From a virus, in the UHGV virus genome UHGV-0207212: DNA of 36,843 nt, one strand, 5' to 3'. Made by a program: the position numbers and the translations under genes. The notes under the pieces are model-generated. The model worked only from the letters and a program-made list of their open reading frames with translations, was not told the DNA's origin and did not search any database. Below, piece by piece: positions 7,874 to 17,806 of this stretch (the stretch's first letter is position 1; each line of letters starts with the position of its first letter).

Positions 7874-9348
7874 GTCAGTATCTCCACGGTTATTGTGTCG
7901 TCGCTCACGCGCGGTATTGCGTTCACGGAGGTTTCAATAAGGTTTACCCAGGTTTCACCGTCCTTGCTCACCTGCGTATAGGCAACCTCTGTATATGTAC
8001 AGTCCGCGAACGGAGCGGATGTAAGCAGGCTTGTTATGTTCTGCCCGATAATCCAGGACGCGCTCGCGGCGATAAGGTCGCGCTTTATCTGGTTTTCTAT
8101 CTGACTTCCGCTCTCGCCGGTCTTGGCTATGAACACCTTTACAAAAACAATCTCATTTTCCGCCTTGTCGTATTTTATCGGGATTGTCTGTCCGCTTCCT
8201 GATATGTAGTTCTGGCTGTACGCGGTCTTTGCGATTCCCGGCACGCTTGCTTTGTTTGTTATGTTCACCGCATTCTCTATGTTTGTGTCAAAAGCTGTTA
8301 CCGCTCCGGCTGGAATTGTCACAGGGCCTACATCAACTGCCGTAAAACTGACAGAAGCCGTGCTTCCTGCGCTCACAATCTTTTCTGAATCCGACTTGAA
8401 TGTCATTCCGTCATACAAGAAAGACGTGCCTTTTGGCACAGTCGCATTGCCGCTTCCGGCTGTTACAAGAATTTCTACCGTTGTGTAGCTTCCTGTGTCG
8501 CTTGCGCCCGGAGCGTTCTGTGTCGGCGCGTTCATATATTTTGCGTATGTCTCCGCTATGCTGTCGCTCTCGCCGTTTATGACCACGTATGCGGTTCTGG
8601 GTTGAAGCTCGATTCCGCCCGCAAGTGTCAGAATTCCGCTGGTGTTGTAGTTGAAGAACACGCGCGCATGGTTCACGCCTGTAATATTCTCAAGCGCAAT
8701 CTTCACGCCGTCGAGCGAGTATGGGATTGTGTTCCCCTTGATTATACGCTGGCGCAGACTTGCCGTTGTCTCCGCGTTGTTTCCCGGAACGCTTGAGACA
8801 TTATTAACTACGCCTGCGAGGTTTGGGATCTGCGTCTCAAACGCGGTTATCTCGCCCTTGAGCACGACTATTGCGCCGATAGTGTCGCATACGGTCGCTA
8901 TGTTCTGCGTTGTTCCTGGTTGTAGGATTATCTCTGTCTGGACAATGAAATTCACATTTTTGAACGGCGCCTTTGTTCCGGCAGGAATGACGCAGACGTT
9001 CTCCGTGTCCGCCGTTACTGTGAGCGTCAGGGTGGAGTAGCTTCCTGTGTTTCTTGTTATGGCCGCAATCGGCAGAAGGTTCTCTATCTGCTGGTCGTCG
9101 CAGGCTTCCACATTCAGGCTGTTTATTCCTGCGTTCAGCTTCTCATCGTTCTTTTCGAGACGGCTTGCGCCTGCCAGCACCTGCAGATAAAGCGCGCTTG
9201 CGAAATTTTGCGACAGCTTCACTATGTCTCCGTTCTCGTCTGTCACATTGTTCGCCTCAAGAAGCGCGTTTATTTCCTCCATCCAGGCTGTCGCATGTTC
9301 CTGTGTTGTCTGCGGCAGCCATTCTGTGTCGTTTATTTTGAATCCCAT
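7870..9348 (-). CDS. Baseplate J/gp47-like protein
   Basis: GNNAETTASLRQRI and ALENITGVNHARV motifs; synteny. Confidence 0.85.
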   Translation of the reverse strand: MGFKINDTEWLPQTTQEHATAWMEEINALLEANNVTDENGDIVKLSQNFASALYLQVLAGASRLEKNDEKLNAGINSLNVEACDDQQIENLLPIAAITRNTGSYSTLTLTVTADTENVCVIPAGTKAPFKNVNFIVQTEIILQPGTTQNIATVCDTIGAIVVLKGEITAFETQIPNLAGVVNNVSSVPGNNAETTASLRQRIIKGNTIPYSLDGVKIALENITGVNHARVFFNYNTSGILTLAGGIELQPRTAYVVINGESDSIAETYAKYMNAPTQNAPGASDTGSYTTVEILVTAGSGNATVPKGTSFLYDGMTFKSDSEKIVSAGSTASVSFTAVDVGPVTIPAGAVTAFDTNIENAVNITNKASVPGIAKTAYSQNYISGSGQTIPIKYDKAENEIVFVKVFIAKTGESGSQIENQIKRDLIAASASWIIGQNITSLLTSAPFADCTYTEVAYTQVSKDGETWVNLIETSVNAIPRVSDDTITVEILT

Positions 9349-9350
9349 TT

Positions 9351-9677
9351 TTAAAGCTCCTTTGTAACCGTGAGCGTCAGCCTGTCATCTTCCAGCTGGT
9401 ACTCCGGTCTGAATTCGTCTTTTTCCGCATTGCTTAGCGACTGACGTATCTGCGAGTCAAGCTCTCCAAACGAGATTTTCCCTGTAAGATACCCCGTCCA
9501 TTCAACGCCCACGTCAGGCAGTTCCGGCACAGTATTTTTCTCAATGAAGCACGCAAGGATCGCGCACTGTATGTCCTCTTTGTCATCTGTCAGAACTGGA
9601 ACAATTCCGTTTTCCACCTTTAAATCCCAGACAGGAAAGACCGCGGTTTTTTTCTGGATTTTCATCTCTATGTCCAT
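9351..9677 (-). CDS. Baseplate gp25/W-like sheath initiator
   Basis: PDVGVEW motif, size and synteny. Confidence 0.6.
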   Translation of the reverse strand: MDIEMKIQKKTAVFPVWDLKVENGIVPVLTDDKEDIQCAILACFIEKNTVPELPDVGVEWTGYLTGKISFGELDSQIRQSLSNAEKDEFRPEYQLEDDRLTLTVTKEL

Positions 9678-9679
9678 TG

Positions 9680-10369
9680 TCAGTCGCCTCCCTTTCCGTG
9701 CTTCACCTTGTCGCTCTCTATGTTGCTGAAATTCTCTTTATTCACAATTGTGGCAAGGGCTGCAACTATTCCGGCCTTGTACGCCGCGCCGCCGTCCATT
9801 GCCGCTGTAGGCGCGCTCTGGAGCGCGTTTATGATTGTGTCCACCCTCTGCGTAAGAAATCCCAGCTGCTTTTTAAGCTCCGGCGCAATAACAACTCCGC
9901 CGTTGTCGTTTCCGTCAAGCTCAAGCGTGCTGTCCGTCCTTATAGTCATTTTTCCGTTTTCAACCAGAATTTTAACCTTCGCCTTGTCGCTGAACACGCA
10001 GAGCGGTATAGCCTTTAGTGTCGCCCTTGAGTAATGGACAAAAGCCTTCGGAGCTTCCGCCTGCTTCACGCTGCCTGCTTCCGGCACATAGCTTTTAAGT
10101 CCTAAAAGAAGCACCTTGTCGCCGCACTTGTAGTCCCACTGAACGCAAAATCCTGCGCCGCATAAGGTCAGAACCTCTATATTGCTTGTCACCGTTTCCG
10201 GCAGCTCCGTTCCGTCTGTAAGGACAGGCTTTGCGGCGTGCGTCACATTCACGGTCTTATCGCCGTTCACCTTGTTTATGTATCCGTAGTCAACGATATA
10301 GAAGCTGTTCAGTATCGATGTTATCAAGTCCCTTTCAGAGAGGTTCTGCGCGCTCAGTATGTCCGTCAT
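9680..10369 (-). CDS. Baseplate spike protein
   Basis: OB-fold-like N-terminus (KTVNV, GDKVLL); synteny. Confidence 0.7.
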   Translation of the reverse strand: MTDILSAQNLSERDLITSILNSFYIVDYGYINKVNGDKTVNVTHAAKPVLTDGTELPETVTSNIEVLTLCGAGFCVQWDYKCGDKVLLLGLKSYVPEAGSVKQAEAPKAFVHYSRATLKAIPLCVFSDKAKVKILVENGKMTIRTDSTLELDGNDNGGVVIAPELKKQLGFLTQRVDTIINALQSAPTAAMDGGAAYKAGIVAALATIVNKENFSNIESDKVKHGKGGD

Positions 10370-11224
10370 CTATTTCTCCGTTTTTCCTATGCTCTCTTTA
10401 AGGATTCCTGTTATGCTCATCTCGTTCTGGTCGCTGTTTGTCATAAAGCTGAACTGCACGCTAGTGACATATGCAGTTGAGAACGGACTTAGCCCCATTG
10501 TTGTCCGGAAAAAATTCGTAGGATATGTAACAAAATCGCCCGGCCTTACTGCGGGATTCCAAGGAGCTATAAGACTCACTTGTCCGCCGGAAAACTGCGG
10601 AGCCTGAATCAGGGCTTTCAGCGTATGGTTCATAACCGTTGCCGGCTGCTGTTTTTCCGGGAACACTTTCAGAAACTGCTTGTCAACAGTTATGTTTATT
10701 CCGGGAAAGCATTTTTTAAGTTCGTTTACCGCCTGTCTTGCCGTTCCGTTCACCTCAAGTGGAGCGGCGCACGTACTCTGCGCTATTCCTATATCTATCT
10801 GCGCCTCGTTGAATCCGAGAGCCTTTGTAATCTCCGCCACCGCATTTCTAAGCGTGAAATTTTTTGCAAGCTTCAAGTCTATTGTCTTGTTGAGCCATGC
10901 ATCAAAGTTCGCCACCGTGCAGTAGATTACTGTAACCTTGTCGGGTCCGGGGGATTCCGTGTACACATTCACGACGCTACCCTCTATGGTCTTGCTCATC
11001 GTGTCTGCGTAGCCTGCGCTTATCTCGACCGTATGGTAGCCCGATAAGATGTCGTCTGTATAAAGGTTTGTAATTCTTATCTCAAGGTCGCATACCTGAT
11101 CCTTGCCGGTCAGAGTTCCTGTTATCTCTATATCCGGCTTCATTCCTTTTCTAGGTGTCTTTATTACAAGCTGCTTTGAGTTGCCCCGGAATGTTATATC
11201 AATACACTTGTTGAAGTTTTCCAT
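10370..11224 (-). CDS. Baseplate hub protein
   Basis: IRITNL, EISAGY and PWNPAVRPG motifs; synteny. Confidence 0.75.
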   Translation of the reverse strand: MENFNKCIDITFRGNSKQLVIKTPRKGMKPDIEITGTLTGKDQVCDLEIRITNLYTDDILSGYHTVEISAGYADTMSKTIEGSVVNVYTESPGPDKVTVIYCTVANFDAWLNKTIDLKLAKNFTLRNAVAEITKALGFNEAQIDIGIAQSTCAAPLEVNGTARQAVNELKKCFPGINITVDKQFLKVFPEKQQPATVMNHTLKALIQAPQFSGGQVSLIAPWNPAVRPGDFVTYPTNFFRTTMGLSPFSTAYVTSVQFSFMTNSDQNEMSITGILKESIGKTEK

Positions 11225-11227
11225 GCG

Positions 11228-11527
11228 TCATTCCCACGTTATTATGTAAAGGCTTGGCAGAAAAAGAGAGCTTCTTGCGATTCCCGGTAGCTCCGTAATG
11301 AACACGATTCCGTAGTCAAGGAATCCCGACCAGCTTATCACGTTCGGTTCAACGCCAACTACGCGCGTTTCTCCGCTTGGAAGCGTACACCAGCAGTTCC
11401 AGCGTCCGTTGAAATATCTGAAAGTGAATTTAAAGAGACCGTCCGGGTGCATTGTTGAGAAGCTGAAATTGTCGCTTATTTCCGAGTTCGGCCATTCGAC
11501 CTGATTCAAGGATGATATGTTCCGCAT
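11228..11527 (-). CDS. Small baseplate protein
   Basis: FKFTFRYFNGRW pattern; lies upstream of the hub. Confidence 0.6.
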   Translation of the reverse strand: MRNISSLNQVEWPNSEISDNFSFSTMHPDGLFKFTFRYFNGRWNCWCTLPSGETRVVGVEPNVISWSGFLDYGIVFITELPGIARSSLFLPSLYIITWE

Positions 11528-11532
11528 ACCTA

Positions 11533-11542
11533 TATAGTCTTT
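11533..11542 (-). promoter_or_regulatory. Late promoter motif AAAGACTATA
   Basis: 5 nt before the ATG at 11527. Confidence 0.75.
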
Positions 11543-11584
11543 TGGTGGAAAGCAGGTTATAATTGAAAAAAAATGAGGTTTACA

Positions 11585-12226
11585 ATGAAAAAACTAATGT
11601 TCTTGTTTTTGTGCTTTTTTGCAACAGAATTATTTGCTCAAAGCGAATTTTTAAAACGTTCTTTAGGTTATAGAGATACTTACTGGGGAGAACCGTTTGA
11701 GCAGGTTTTCGCAGAAAAAAATCATCTGTATCTGAATTCTTCGTTAAATGATTTTGAAAAGAAATTTTTAATAGAAAACGACTTGATGATGAGCGAAAGT
11801 TCCAAGGTCTATTATTATTTTCGTGATAACAAACTTGCCTCCATTGCCTATGAGATTTCATACTCAGAAGAAACAGAAGAGCGTCTGTTGTCAAAATTTA
11901 ATCAGAAAAAAGAAATTTACAATACAAAAATTCTTGTCAAAGCTAAGCCAGAAAATGACAAGGAAAAATCAATAAAAGAAGAGCTTTCAAGTTTCCTAAA
12001 TGGGGAATACTGGAGTTGGCTTTTTGCCGAGGATTTATATTTTTTTGAACATCACGGCGGTTCTTTGATTGAAAGATTTATCAATAATAAATCTGAGCAA
12101 AAAAAATCTTCTGCCAGAATATACAAGATATACATCAATGACATGACCGTCTGTTACGTTTTATCTAATGTCGTTGAGAACAAGATAGATGTCGTATACA
12201 CAGAACGGTATGAGGAAAGGTTTTAG
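11585..12226 (+). CDS. AT-rich moron encoding an exported protein
   Basis: Opposite strand within the tail operon; signal peptide MKKLMFLFLCFFATELFA; TATAAT at 11558-11563. Confidence 0.75.
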   Translation: MKKLMFLFLCFFATELFAQSEFLKRSLGYRDTYWGEPFEQVFAEKNHLYLNSSLNDFEKKFLIENDLMMSESSKVYYYFRDNKLASIAYEISYSEETEERLLSKFNQKKEIYNTKILVKAKPENDKEKSIKEELSSFLNGEYWSWLFAEDLYFFEHHGGSLIERFINNKSEQKKSSARIYKIYINDMTVCYVLSNVVENKIDVVYTERYEERF

Positions 12227-12858
12227 AAAATTCTTAAAAAACTGACAATACCATCTTTTGCCTTTGATAAGAATGATTGACTAAAATCTACCGTGCTTGC
12301 TGTTGTGATTCCCTTGTCCTCGATTGTGTTCTTCGCCTCGGACAATGCCTCCAGGTCTGTCTTGTCGCTGATAGTCGCCTTGAGCTCCACAATTTCCTTG
12401 AGCGTCATTGAGAACGGCTTCTTGTTCTTGCATTCGCTTTTTGTGTCTATGCTCAGCGACTGGATGACGCAGTTCTTATAAATCATCTGGTCAACGTCCT
12501 TGAATATGATTCTTGAACCGTTCTTATATGCCTTTCTTAGAAAGAATACATTCATCATTACAATCGGCGTGAAGAGGTTTGTCGGCTCTGCCAGAGGGTC
12601 GCCCGGAATCCATCCGCTCATCTGCCACGTCCAGGCGCCCGGCGACACGTTGTCGTTGAGGTATGACTTTACTCCGCTTCCCGGAACAATGACCGCCCGC
12701 TCCGACACTTCCGCCTGTCCTGTCTGCGTGATTGTCTCAACTTCAAGCGATATTGCCCATGCCGGGCTTTTGGATATAAGCATAGGGTTCTGTATTACAG
12801 ACTTCACCATTTCAACGGCTCTTTGAGAGCCTAGCTTAAGCGCATATGAAAGCTCCAT
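12223..12858 (-). CDS. Tail tube initiator / Dit-like protein
   Basis: Follows the tape measure gene; YKNCVIQSLS...FSMTLKEI pattern. Confidence 0.65.
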   Translation of the reverse strand: MELSYALKLGSQRAVEMVKSVIQNPMLISKSPAWAISLEVETITQTGQAEVSERAVIVPGSGVKSYLNDNVSPGAWTWQMSGWIPGDPLAEPTNLFTPIVMMNVFFLRKAYKNGSRIIFKDVDQMIYKNCVIQSLSIDTKSECKNKKPFSMTLKEIVELKATISDKTDLEALSEAKNTIEDKGITTASTVDFSQSFLSKAKDGIVSFLRIF

Positions 12859-12869
12859 TCTTTACCTCT

Positions 12870-14720
12870 TTATCTTGTTCCCGGCATAAGCTGTATTATT
12901 CTTGCCGCGTTCTTCAGGTTGGCCTGCAGTGCCGCAGAAGTCCCCTTGTACGCTTCCGCCCTCACAGCCTGCGGTGTTGCGTTTCCGCCGTTTACCGTGA
13001 ACGACTGGTTTATAACATAGGTTGCCGGCGCGCTCATGCTGTTGTTTGTTATTAATCCGCGTGGAATGAATGCGCTTGCCATGTCCTCCACGTTCTTTGC
13101 CGCAAACACCCAGTCATCCGGGCTTATTCCTATGGTTCTTCCGTCCGGGCGGATTACTCCGTCGTTGATGTACTGGGGGAAATTTTTCTTGCCGCCAGCC
13201 TTGTTCACAAGCTCCTGCGTTTCGGGCGAGTAGTCCTCGAAATTCTTTTTTTTGATAAAGCCGAACCGTCCGTATTCCGCTTCTTTGGCGACGGCCTGCA
13301 AGGCTGCAAGTGCAGCTTCTTTCTGCTTCTTGAGGTCGTCGTAGTTTTTCCCTGTCAGGAGAGCCCCTAAAAAGTTTCCTGTCGCCTCGCCCATGCCGCC
13401 GACACCATTGATGGCACTTTTCCAGTCGCCGCTAAAAAGCGCATTAAGGGCTTCAGCTAAGTTTTTTATCTGGTCCGCCGCTGCCTGAACTACGTTTCCT
13501 CCAATGAATTTTAGAAAATCACCGAGATTCTTCATTGCGCTCTGGAACGCCTCGCTTGTAATGGTTTTCTTGAAATTCTCCATTGCGACTGTCAGCTTTT
13601 CGTCAATACCAAGGTTCTTGGCGAATTCCTTTATCTTTGGAAGAATTTCTCCTATAAGGCTTTTTCCGCCCATGAAATACACCATCAGGTCCTCAAGCAC
13701 AAGAAAAAGACCGCCTGCCATAAGACCACGGCTAAGACCGCCAAGCGCGAGCTTCAAAAGGTTAAGACCGCTTATCATCGACTTCAATCCGCCTGCAAAC
13801 TGCATAAGTTTCATCGCCCCGAATCCCACGCCCAGCTTTATGATCACCTTGTCAAGTCCGCCGAATTTGTCTATCAGCTTCTCGACAAAAGGCGCGACTT
13901 TCCCGATTGCTCCGGCTATGGCGTTGAACACAGAGCCTGCGCCTTTAGCAATTCCAGAGATTCCCCTCTGAATTGCGTCACGGTTTGTCATAAGATAGGT
14001 CTTTATTTTCCGTGCAAGAGGCGTAAGCTCTGCCGCTATGTCGCTTCCTATAAGCTGGACTATGCTCTTTCCGGCTTCCTTTACTGCGTTGAACTCACTT
14101 GCGAACGCTGCGGCTTCCTTCCTGTTCTTTTCCGTCATAAAATTCAGGGACTGCGCCTCTTTCAGCTGCTGTTCAAGCGTCTTTCCTGAAAGTTTAAGGC
14201 TGTCGTAATACTCGCGCCCTGCCTGGCCCAGAATGTCGCCCACAAGCGTTGCCGCCAGCTTCTGGTCATCCATGCTGTCAGCCCTGCTGAACACGGCTTT
14301 CATCCTGTCCTCCGCGTCCATGTCCGCAAAGTCGCCGTAGCCTATGCCCATAAGCCCCAGGTTCTTTGCAAGGTTCATGTCCACCGTGCCGGTCTTCAGG
14401 TGCTGCATTTTATTCTCGATTCCTGCCATTGCGCCTATAAGACCGTTCGCGCTTGCTCCTGCAATATTTGCGGCGGTTTTCCATTTCGCCAGAGCGTCCG
14501 TTGAAGCTCCTATAGAGGCTGCAACTTTCAGCTCCGACTGCGCCACGTTCCCGGCGATTTTCGCTGCTCCGACAAGCGCGGCACCTGCGGCAGTAAAACC
14601 TGCAATAAGCCTTTTTCCCGACTGCTCAAGTTTCGCCAGCTCCTGCCGTCCGCTATCAAAGCTCGCCTTGTCGACAACCGCTTTTACTGAATAAAAAAAT
14701 CCGCCGCTACTCTGGCTCAT
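12870..14720 (-). CDS. Tape measure protein
   Basis: Long Ala/Gly-rich helical protein after the chaperones. Confidence 0.85.
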   Translation of the reverse strand: MSQSSGGFFYSVKAVVDKASFDSGRQELAKLEQSGKRLIAGFTAAGAALVGAAKIAGNVAQSELKVAASIGASTDALAKWKTAANIAGASANGLIGAMAGIENKMQHLKTGTVDMNLAKNLGLMGIGYGDFADMDAEDRMKAVFSRADSMDDQKLAATLVGDILGQAGREYYDSLKLSGKTLEQQLKEAQSLNFMTEKNRKEAAAFASEFNAVKEAGKSIVQLIGSDIAAELTPLARKIKTYLMTNRDAIQRGISGIAKGAGSVFNAIAGAIGKVAPFVEKLIDKFGGLDKVIIKLGVGFGAMKLMQFAGGLKSMISGLNLLKLALGGLSRGLMAGGLFLVLEDLMVYFMGGKSLIGEILPKIKEFAKNLGIDEKLTVAMENFKKTITSEAFQSAMKNLGDFLKFIGGNVVQAAADQIKNLAEALNALFSGDWKSAINGVGGMGEATGNFLGALLTGKNYDDLKKQKEAALAALQAVAKEAEYGRFGFIKKKNFEDYSPETQELVNKAGGKKNFPQYINDGVIRPDGRTIGISPDDWVFAAKNVEDMASAFIPRGLITNNSMSAPATYVINQSFTVNGGNATPQAVRAEAYKGTSAALQANLKNAARIIQLMPGTR

Positions 14721-14943
14721 TGTATATCTCCTGAATCCTGTTCTTAGCCCTCAGACAAAGAAGCCCGTCGCACATGTCGTCAAGGTCAACGGGCTGTCTT
14801 GCGTACTCGCCGCAGAAATTATAGTAAAGCCACAGAAAGCCGTTATGCACAATCCGTTTAACGGCATTTTCTGCCCTTACTCCTTTGATGTCCGCGTTTC
14901 CGCCTTCGCCGGAGCTGGTGTCGAAGGCCGCAGAGATTTTTTT
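14707..14943 (-). CDS. Tail chaperone -1 frameshift extension (GT-like)
   Basis: Open -1 frame continuing from the slippery run at 14937-14943 to the tape measure start. Confidence 0.65.
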   Translation of the reverse strand, partial: KKISAAFDTSSGEGGNADIKGVRAENAVKRIVHNGFLWLYYNFCGEYARQPVDLDDMCDGLLCLRAKNRIQEIYNEPE

Positions 14944-15299
14944 AGCACATATCCGTAGACTGTGTCGGCGAGAGCCCACAGGGCCAGAGGCTCTTTCCTG
15001 AAAAGGTCGAAGCCCTCTATGCTGTCCTCCGCGTTCGAGAGCTTGAATTTCTCGACCTCTCCGTTCGGGCATTTCACCTTCACGTTCTTTCCGGCTATGC
15101 AGATGCGCATAAGTCGGACTTTTCCCTCAAAACTTGAATCCTGTATAACACGGCAGATTTCCATTACGCTCGCGGTGTTAAGTCCGTCCTCGAGCTCAAT
15201 CTCGAACTGGTCAAGATAAGCGGTATCGCCTGCGACCGCGCTGTTTATCTTCTCCAGCCCCTCGTCATAGACCTTTCTTGTAAGTTTAAGTGCTTCCAT
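14877..15299 (-). CDS. Tail assembly chaperone
   Basis: Between tube and tape measure; contains an A-AAA-AAA slippery site. Confidence 0.75.
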   Translation of the reverse strand: MEALKLTRKVYDEGLEKINSAVAGDTAYLDQFEIELEDGLNTASVMEICRVIQDSSFEGKVRLMRICIAGKNVKVKCPNGEVEKFKLSNAEDSIEGFDLFRKEPLALWALADTVYGYVLKKSLRPSTPAPAKAETRTSKE

Positions 15300-15323
15300 T
15301 TCTTATTCCTTTTTGTCAGAAAA

Positions 15324-15782
15324 TCACGATTCGCTGTCAGGCATGTACTCACCGTAGTTCCATACAACCGCGTAATCCGGCGCGTCGTTTCCCTGAATAA
15401 TACGGTTGGGGCAGCTCTTGACAGTACAAGATGTGTATGTGTCGCCGCTTGTCGCTCCGTTGATTTCCTGCGTGATTCGGATAGTTCCTCCCACAGAATC
15501 CCCCACGCGCTTGAGGAATTTCGCGATTTTCACCATGTCGTCGTCTCCGTTTGTCGCCGTCACGTTGAATGTAAGGCTTCCCGACTTGTTGTTGTTCGTT
15601 ATGGTGATTGTGTTTCCGTTCGCAAGCGCGATGACCTTCGAGTTGTCCATCAGCTGCTGGTCCTGCACCATCTGGCCTTCCAGCTTGAAGCCTCCGATTG
15701 TCGTAGGCGTTCCGCCGTTCCACAGAGGGTGGATGAGAGTTACCGTGAACTGTCCTGCTGCTATTACTGTATGATTGCTCAT
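15324..15782 (-). CDS. Tail tube protein
   Basis: Follows the sheath; beta-rich, NKSGSLTFNV. Confidence 0.75.
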   Translation of the reverse strand: MSNHTVIAAGQFTVTLIHPLWNGGTPTTIGGFKLEGQMVQDQQLMDNSKVIALANGNTITITNNNKSGSLTFNVTATNGDDDMVKIAKFLKRVGDSVGGTIRITQEINGATSGDTYTSCTVKSCPNRIIQGNDAPDYAVVWNYGEYMPDSES

Positions 15783-15797
15783 TTTTCTGCATCCTCC

Positions 15798-16970
15798 TTA
15801 TTTTGACGGCTGTGTTATATATAAAGTGCCGTATACTGTAACTCTCCGGATCTTGTCGATATAGGTCGCCACCCATGCGTTCGGAACAACGATTGCGTCC
15901 GCGCTCTTCGGAAGGTCGGAGAACACAGGGGCTGTAATCTTAAAGTTCGCAAGCCGTCCGAAGTTCAGGAATTTCTTCACGACATCGGAGAGAATCAGAA
16001 GAATAGCCTGGTACTGGTCGTTGTTTCTGAACTTGTTGCGCTTGGTTATGAAGTTCGCCGTGCGGATTTTGCACATATATTCAATGTAGCTTTTCACCCA
16101 CTGCGCGCCGACTACGTTCCCCTGCAAGGTCATTGAGCCTTCTGTCACCACATCCTCCGTGCCGTCGCCCACATATGTGTTGTATCCGATTTTCTGCTCG
16201 TCAAGGACGTATTTCTGTGTCGCGTCGAGGTTTGTCGGATTTCCGTCCGCGTCGTCCGCTCCGCTTGCGCCGATTGTGTTGAACGCCAGCATATCGATGT
16301 CGTTTCCCACAGGGGTTCCTGTCGCGTTGATCTGCGCGAGTGTCGCGCCGAGCTGGGCAAGAGCGGCATTGATTGTGGTGTCCGGGGTGTAAATGATTCT
16401 TGCGTCCGCCGCGGCGCCTTTAAGCGCGGAGACAAGCAGGCTTTCCTTTTTTAAGGCCTGGCCGTCAGATGTTCCCACCCAAAGCTGGGAGTAGAGTGGG
16501 TCGGCCTTGCAAAGCCTTGCTAATTGTACCTGCAAGGTATTATAGTCGCCTGAATCCGCAATTCCGAATTTAAAGTAGGCATAGTATTTGTACGACTTAT
16601 AGACCTTTTCAATCGGAGCCGTGGCAGGCACTGTCTCCTGTTTAGTTTCGCCGCCGTCCTCTGCTGGCACATCCTTTGTCGTGTCGACGTCATAGATTGC
16701 CACCGCGATTTTTGCCGCCTGGGCTGATGTGAAGAATGGAACAAGCCACGTTTTTAGAAGTCCGCCTGTCAGGGCTTCGTAGTTTGAAGAGTTAAGCTCA
16801 ATCTTCTGTCCTGCCGCAGGGCTTTCCACCGCCGGAAGATATTCCCCTGCCTTTGCCAAAGGCATAAAAATCAGAGCCTTCGTATAGTTTTCTCCTGACA
16901 CAGGCTCGATTACAGTTTCAATTGGAAACTGCACATTCACCTGCGCTATAGAGCCGTCAAATGCCGCCAT
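15798..16970 (-). CDS. Tail sheath protein
   Basis: Size, synteny and sheath-like C-terminus (YIDKIRRVTVYGTL). Confidence 0.75.
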   Translation of the reverse strand: MAAFDGSIAQVNVQFPIETVIEPVSGENYTKALIFMPLAKAGEYLPAVESPAAGQKIELNSSNYEALTGGLLKTWLVPFFTSAQAAKIAVAIYDVDTTKDVPAEDGGETKQETVPATAPIEKVYKSYKYYAYFKFGIADSGDYNTLQVQLARLCKADPLYSQLWVGTSDGQALKKESLLVSALKGAAADARIIYTPDTTINAALAQLGATLAQINATGTPVGNDIDMLAFNTIGASGADDADGNPTNLDATQKYVLDEQKIGYNTYVGDGTEDVVTEGSMTLQGNVVGAQWVKSYIEYMCKIRTANFITKRNKFRNNDQYQAILLILSDVVKKFLNFGRLANFKITAPVFSDLPKSADAIVVPNAWVATYIDKIRRVTVYGTLYITQPSK

Positions 16971-17466
16971 TTATATTTCCTCCTATGTCTATAGTCTTTA
17001 GTGGCTTCTGGTCTGTGTCTATCAGGTCGTACCAGATAATCTGGACGTTCGGAACGTTCCACGCCAGGACCGTATTGTTTCCGTCCTGGAAAAAAACGGA
17101 GGATACAGCGTTGAAGTCGCTTAGCATTACCGCTCCGCGTATCTTTTTAAGCTGTTCCTTTACATCCGCCCTTAATGGCCAGAACGCCACGCTGTATGCC
17201 AGCTGTTCGCTGTCAGGACCCACAAACTGAAGCTCAACACTCGCTATTTTCATTACCGCCGCGCTTTCCGTTCCGTCCTTTTCCTCAACGTAAAAAGGGG
17301 CGGTGCGCGGATTGTTGCTCTTGATTCTGTATGAGCACCAGTTCGCTATGTTCGCCTTTTCCCTCTGCGGATTCCACCAGTTCCCTTGTTTAGGTACTAC
17401 GTGGCTCTCGTCAACAGAAAGAATTTCCGCCAAGATTCCACGCAGCGTCGTCTGATTCAGTTGCAT
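16957..17466 (-). CDS. Neck / tail terminator protein
   Basis: Synteny immediately upstream of the sheath. Confidence 0.6.
   Translation of the reverse strand: MQLNQTTLRGILAEILSVDESHVVPKQGNWWNPQREKANIANWCSYRIKSNNPRTAPFYVEEKDGTESAAVMKIASVELQFVGPDSEQLAYSVAFWPLRADVKEQLKKIRGAVMLSDFNAVSSVFFQDGNNTVLAWNVPNVQIIWYDLIDTDQKPLKTIDIGGNINGGI
16990..16999 (-). promoter_or_regulatory. Late promoter motif upstream of the sheath gene
   Basis: AAAGACTATA-5 nt-AGGAGG, embedded in the upstream CDS. Confidence 0.7.
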
Positions 17467-17806
17467 CGTTTCCCACCACCTTTTCAAGTGAATAGCGGTA
17501 AAATCCGCCCTCAAAGCTCCAGTCGTTTCCGCCTGTCAGCCGGAACACCGAGCCGTCTTTCTTGATGAATTTTCCGTCAAGGTTTCCGGCGGAAGTCCAA
17601 AGCTCGCAGCTGTTGCCCTGCACAAGGTTTCCGTTTCCGTCCTTTATCCTGCTTCCGCCTGTGTTCTGGAATACACCGATAACGGAAATCTCCGGGCCTT
17701 CCACAATATCCCAGCCGCCGTTTATCCGCGGTGTCATATCATAGACAGCCACATTCCGCTGCTGCTCGGCGAACCCCAGAAGCATATCGCCGTAGATTCC
17801 CGCCAT
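17411..17806 (-). CDS. Head closure / neck protein
   Basis: Synteny and size. Confidence 0.55.
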   Translation of the reverse strand: MAGIYGDMLLGFAEQQRNVAVYDMTPRINGGWDIVEGPEISVIGVFQNTGGSRIKDGNGNLVQGNSCELWTSAGNLDGKFIKKDGSVFRLTGGNDWSFEGGFYRYSLEKVVGNDATESDDAAWNLGGNSFC

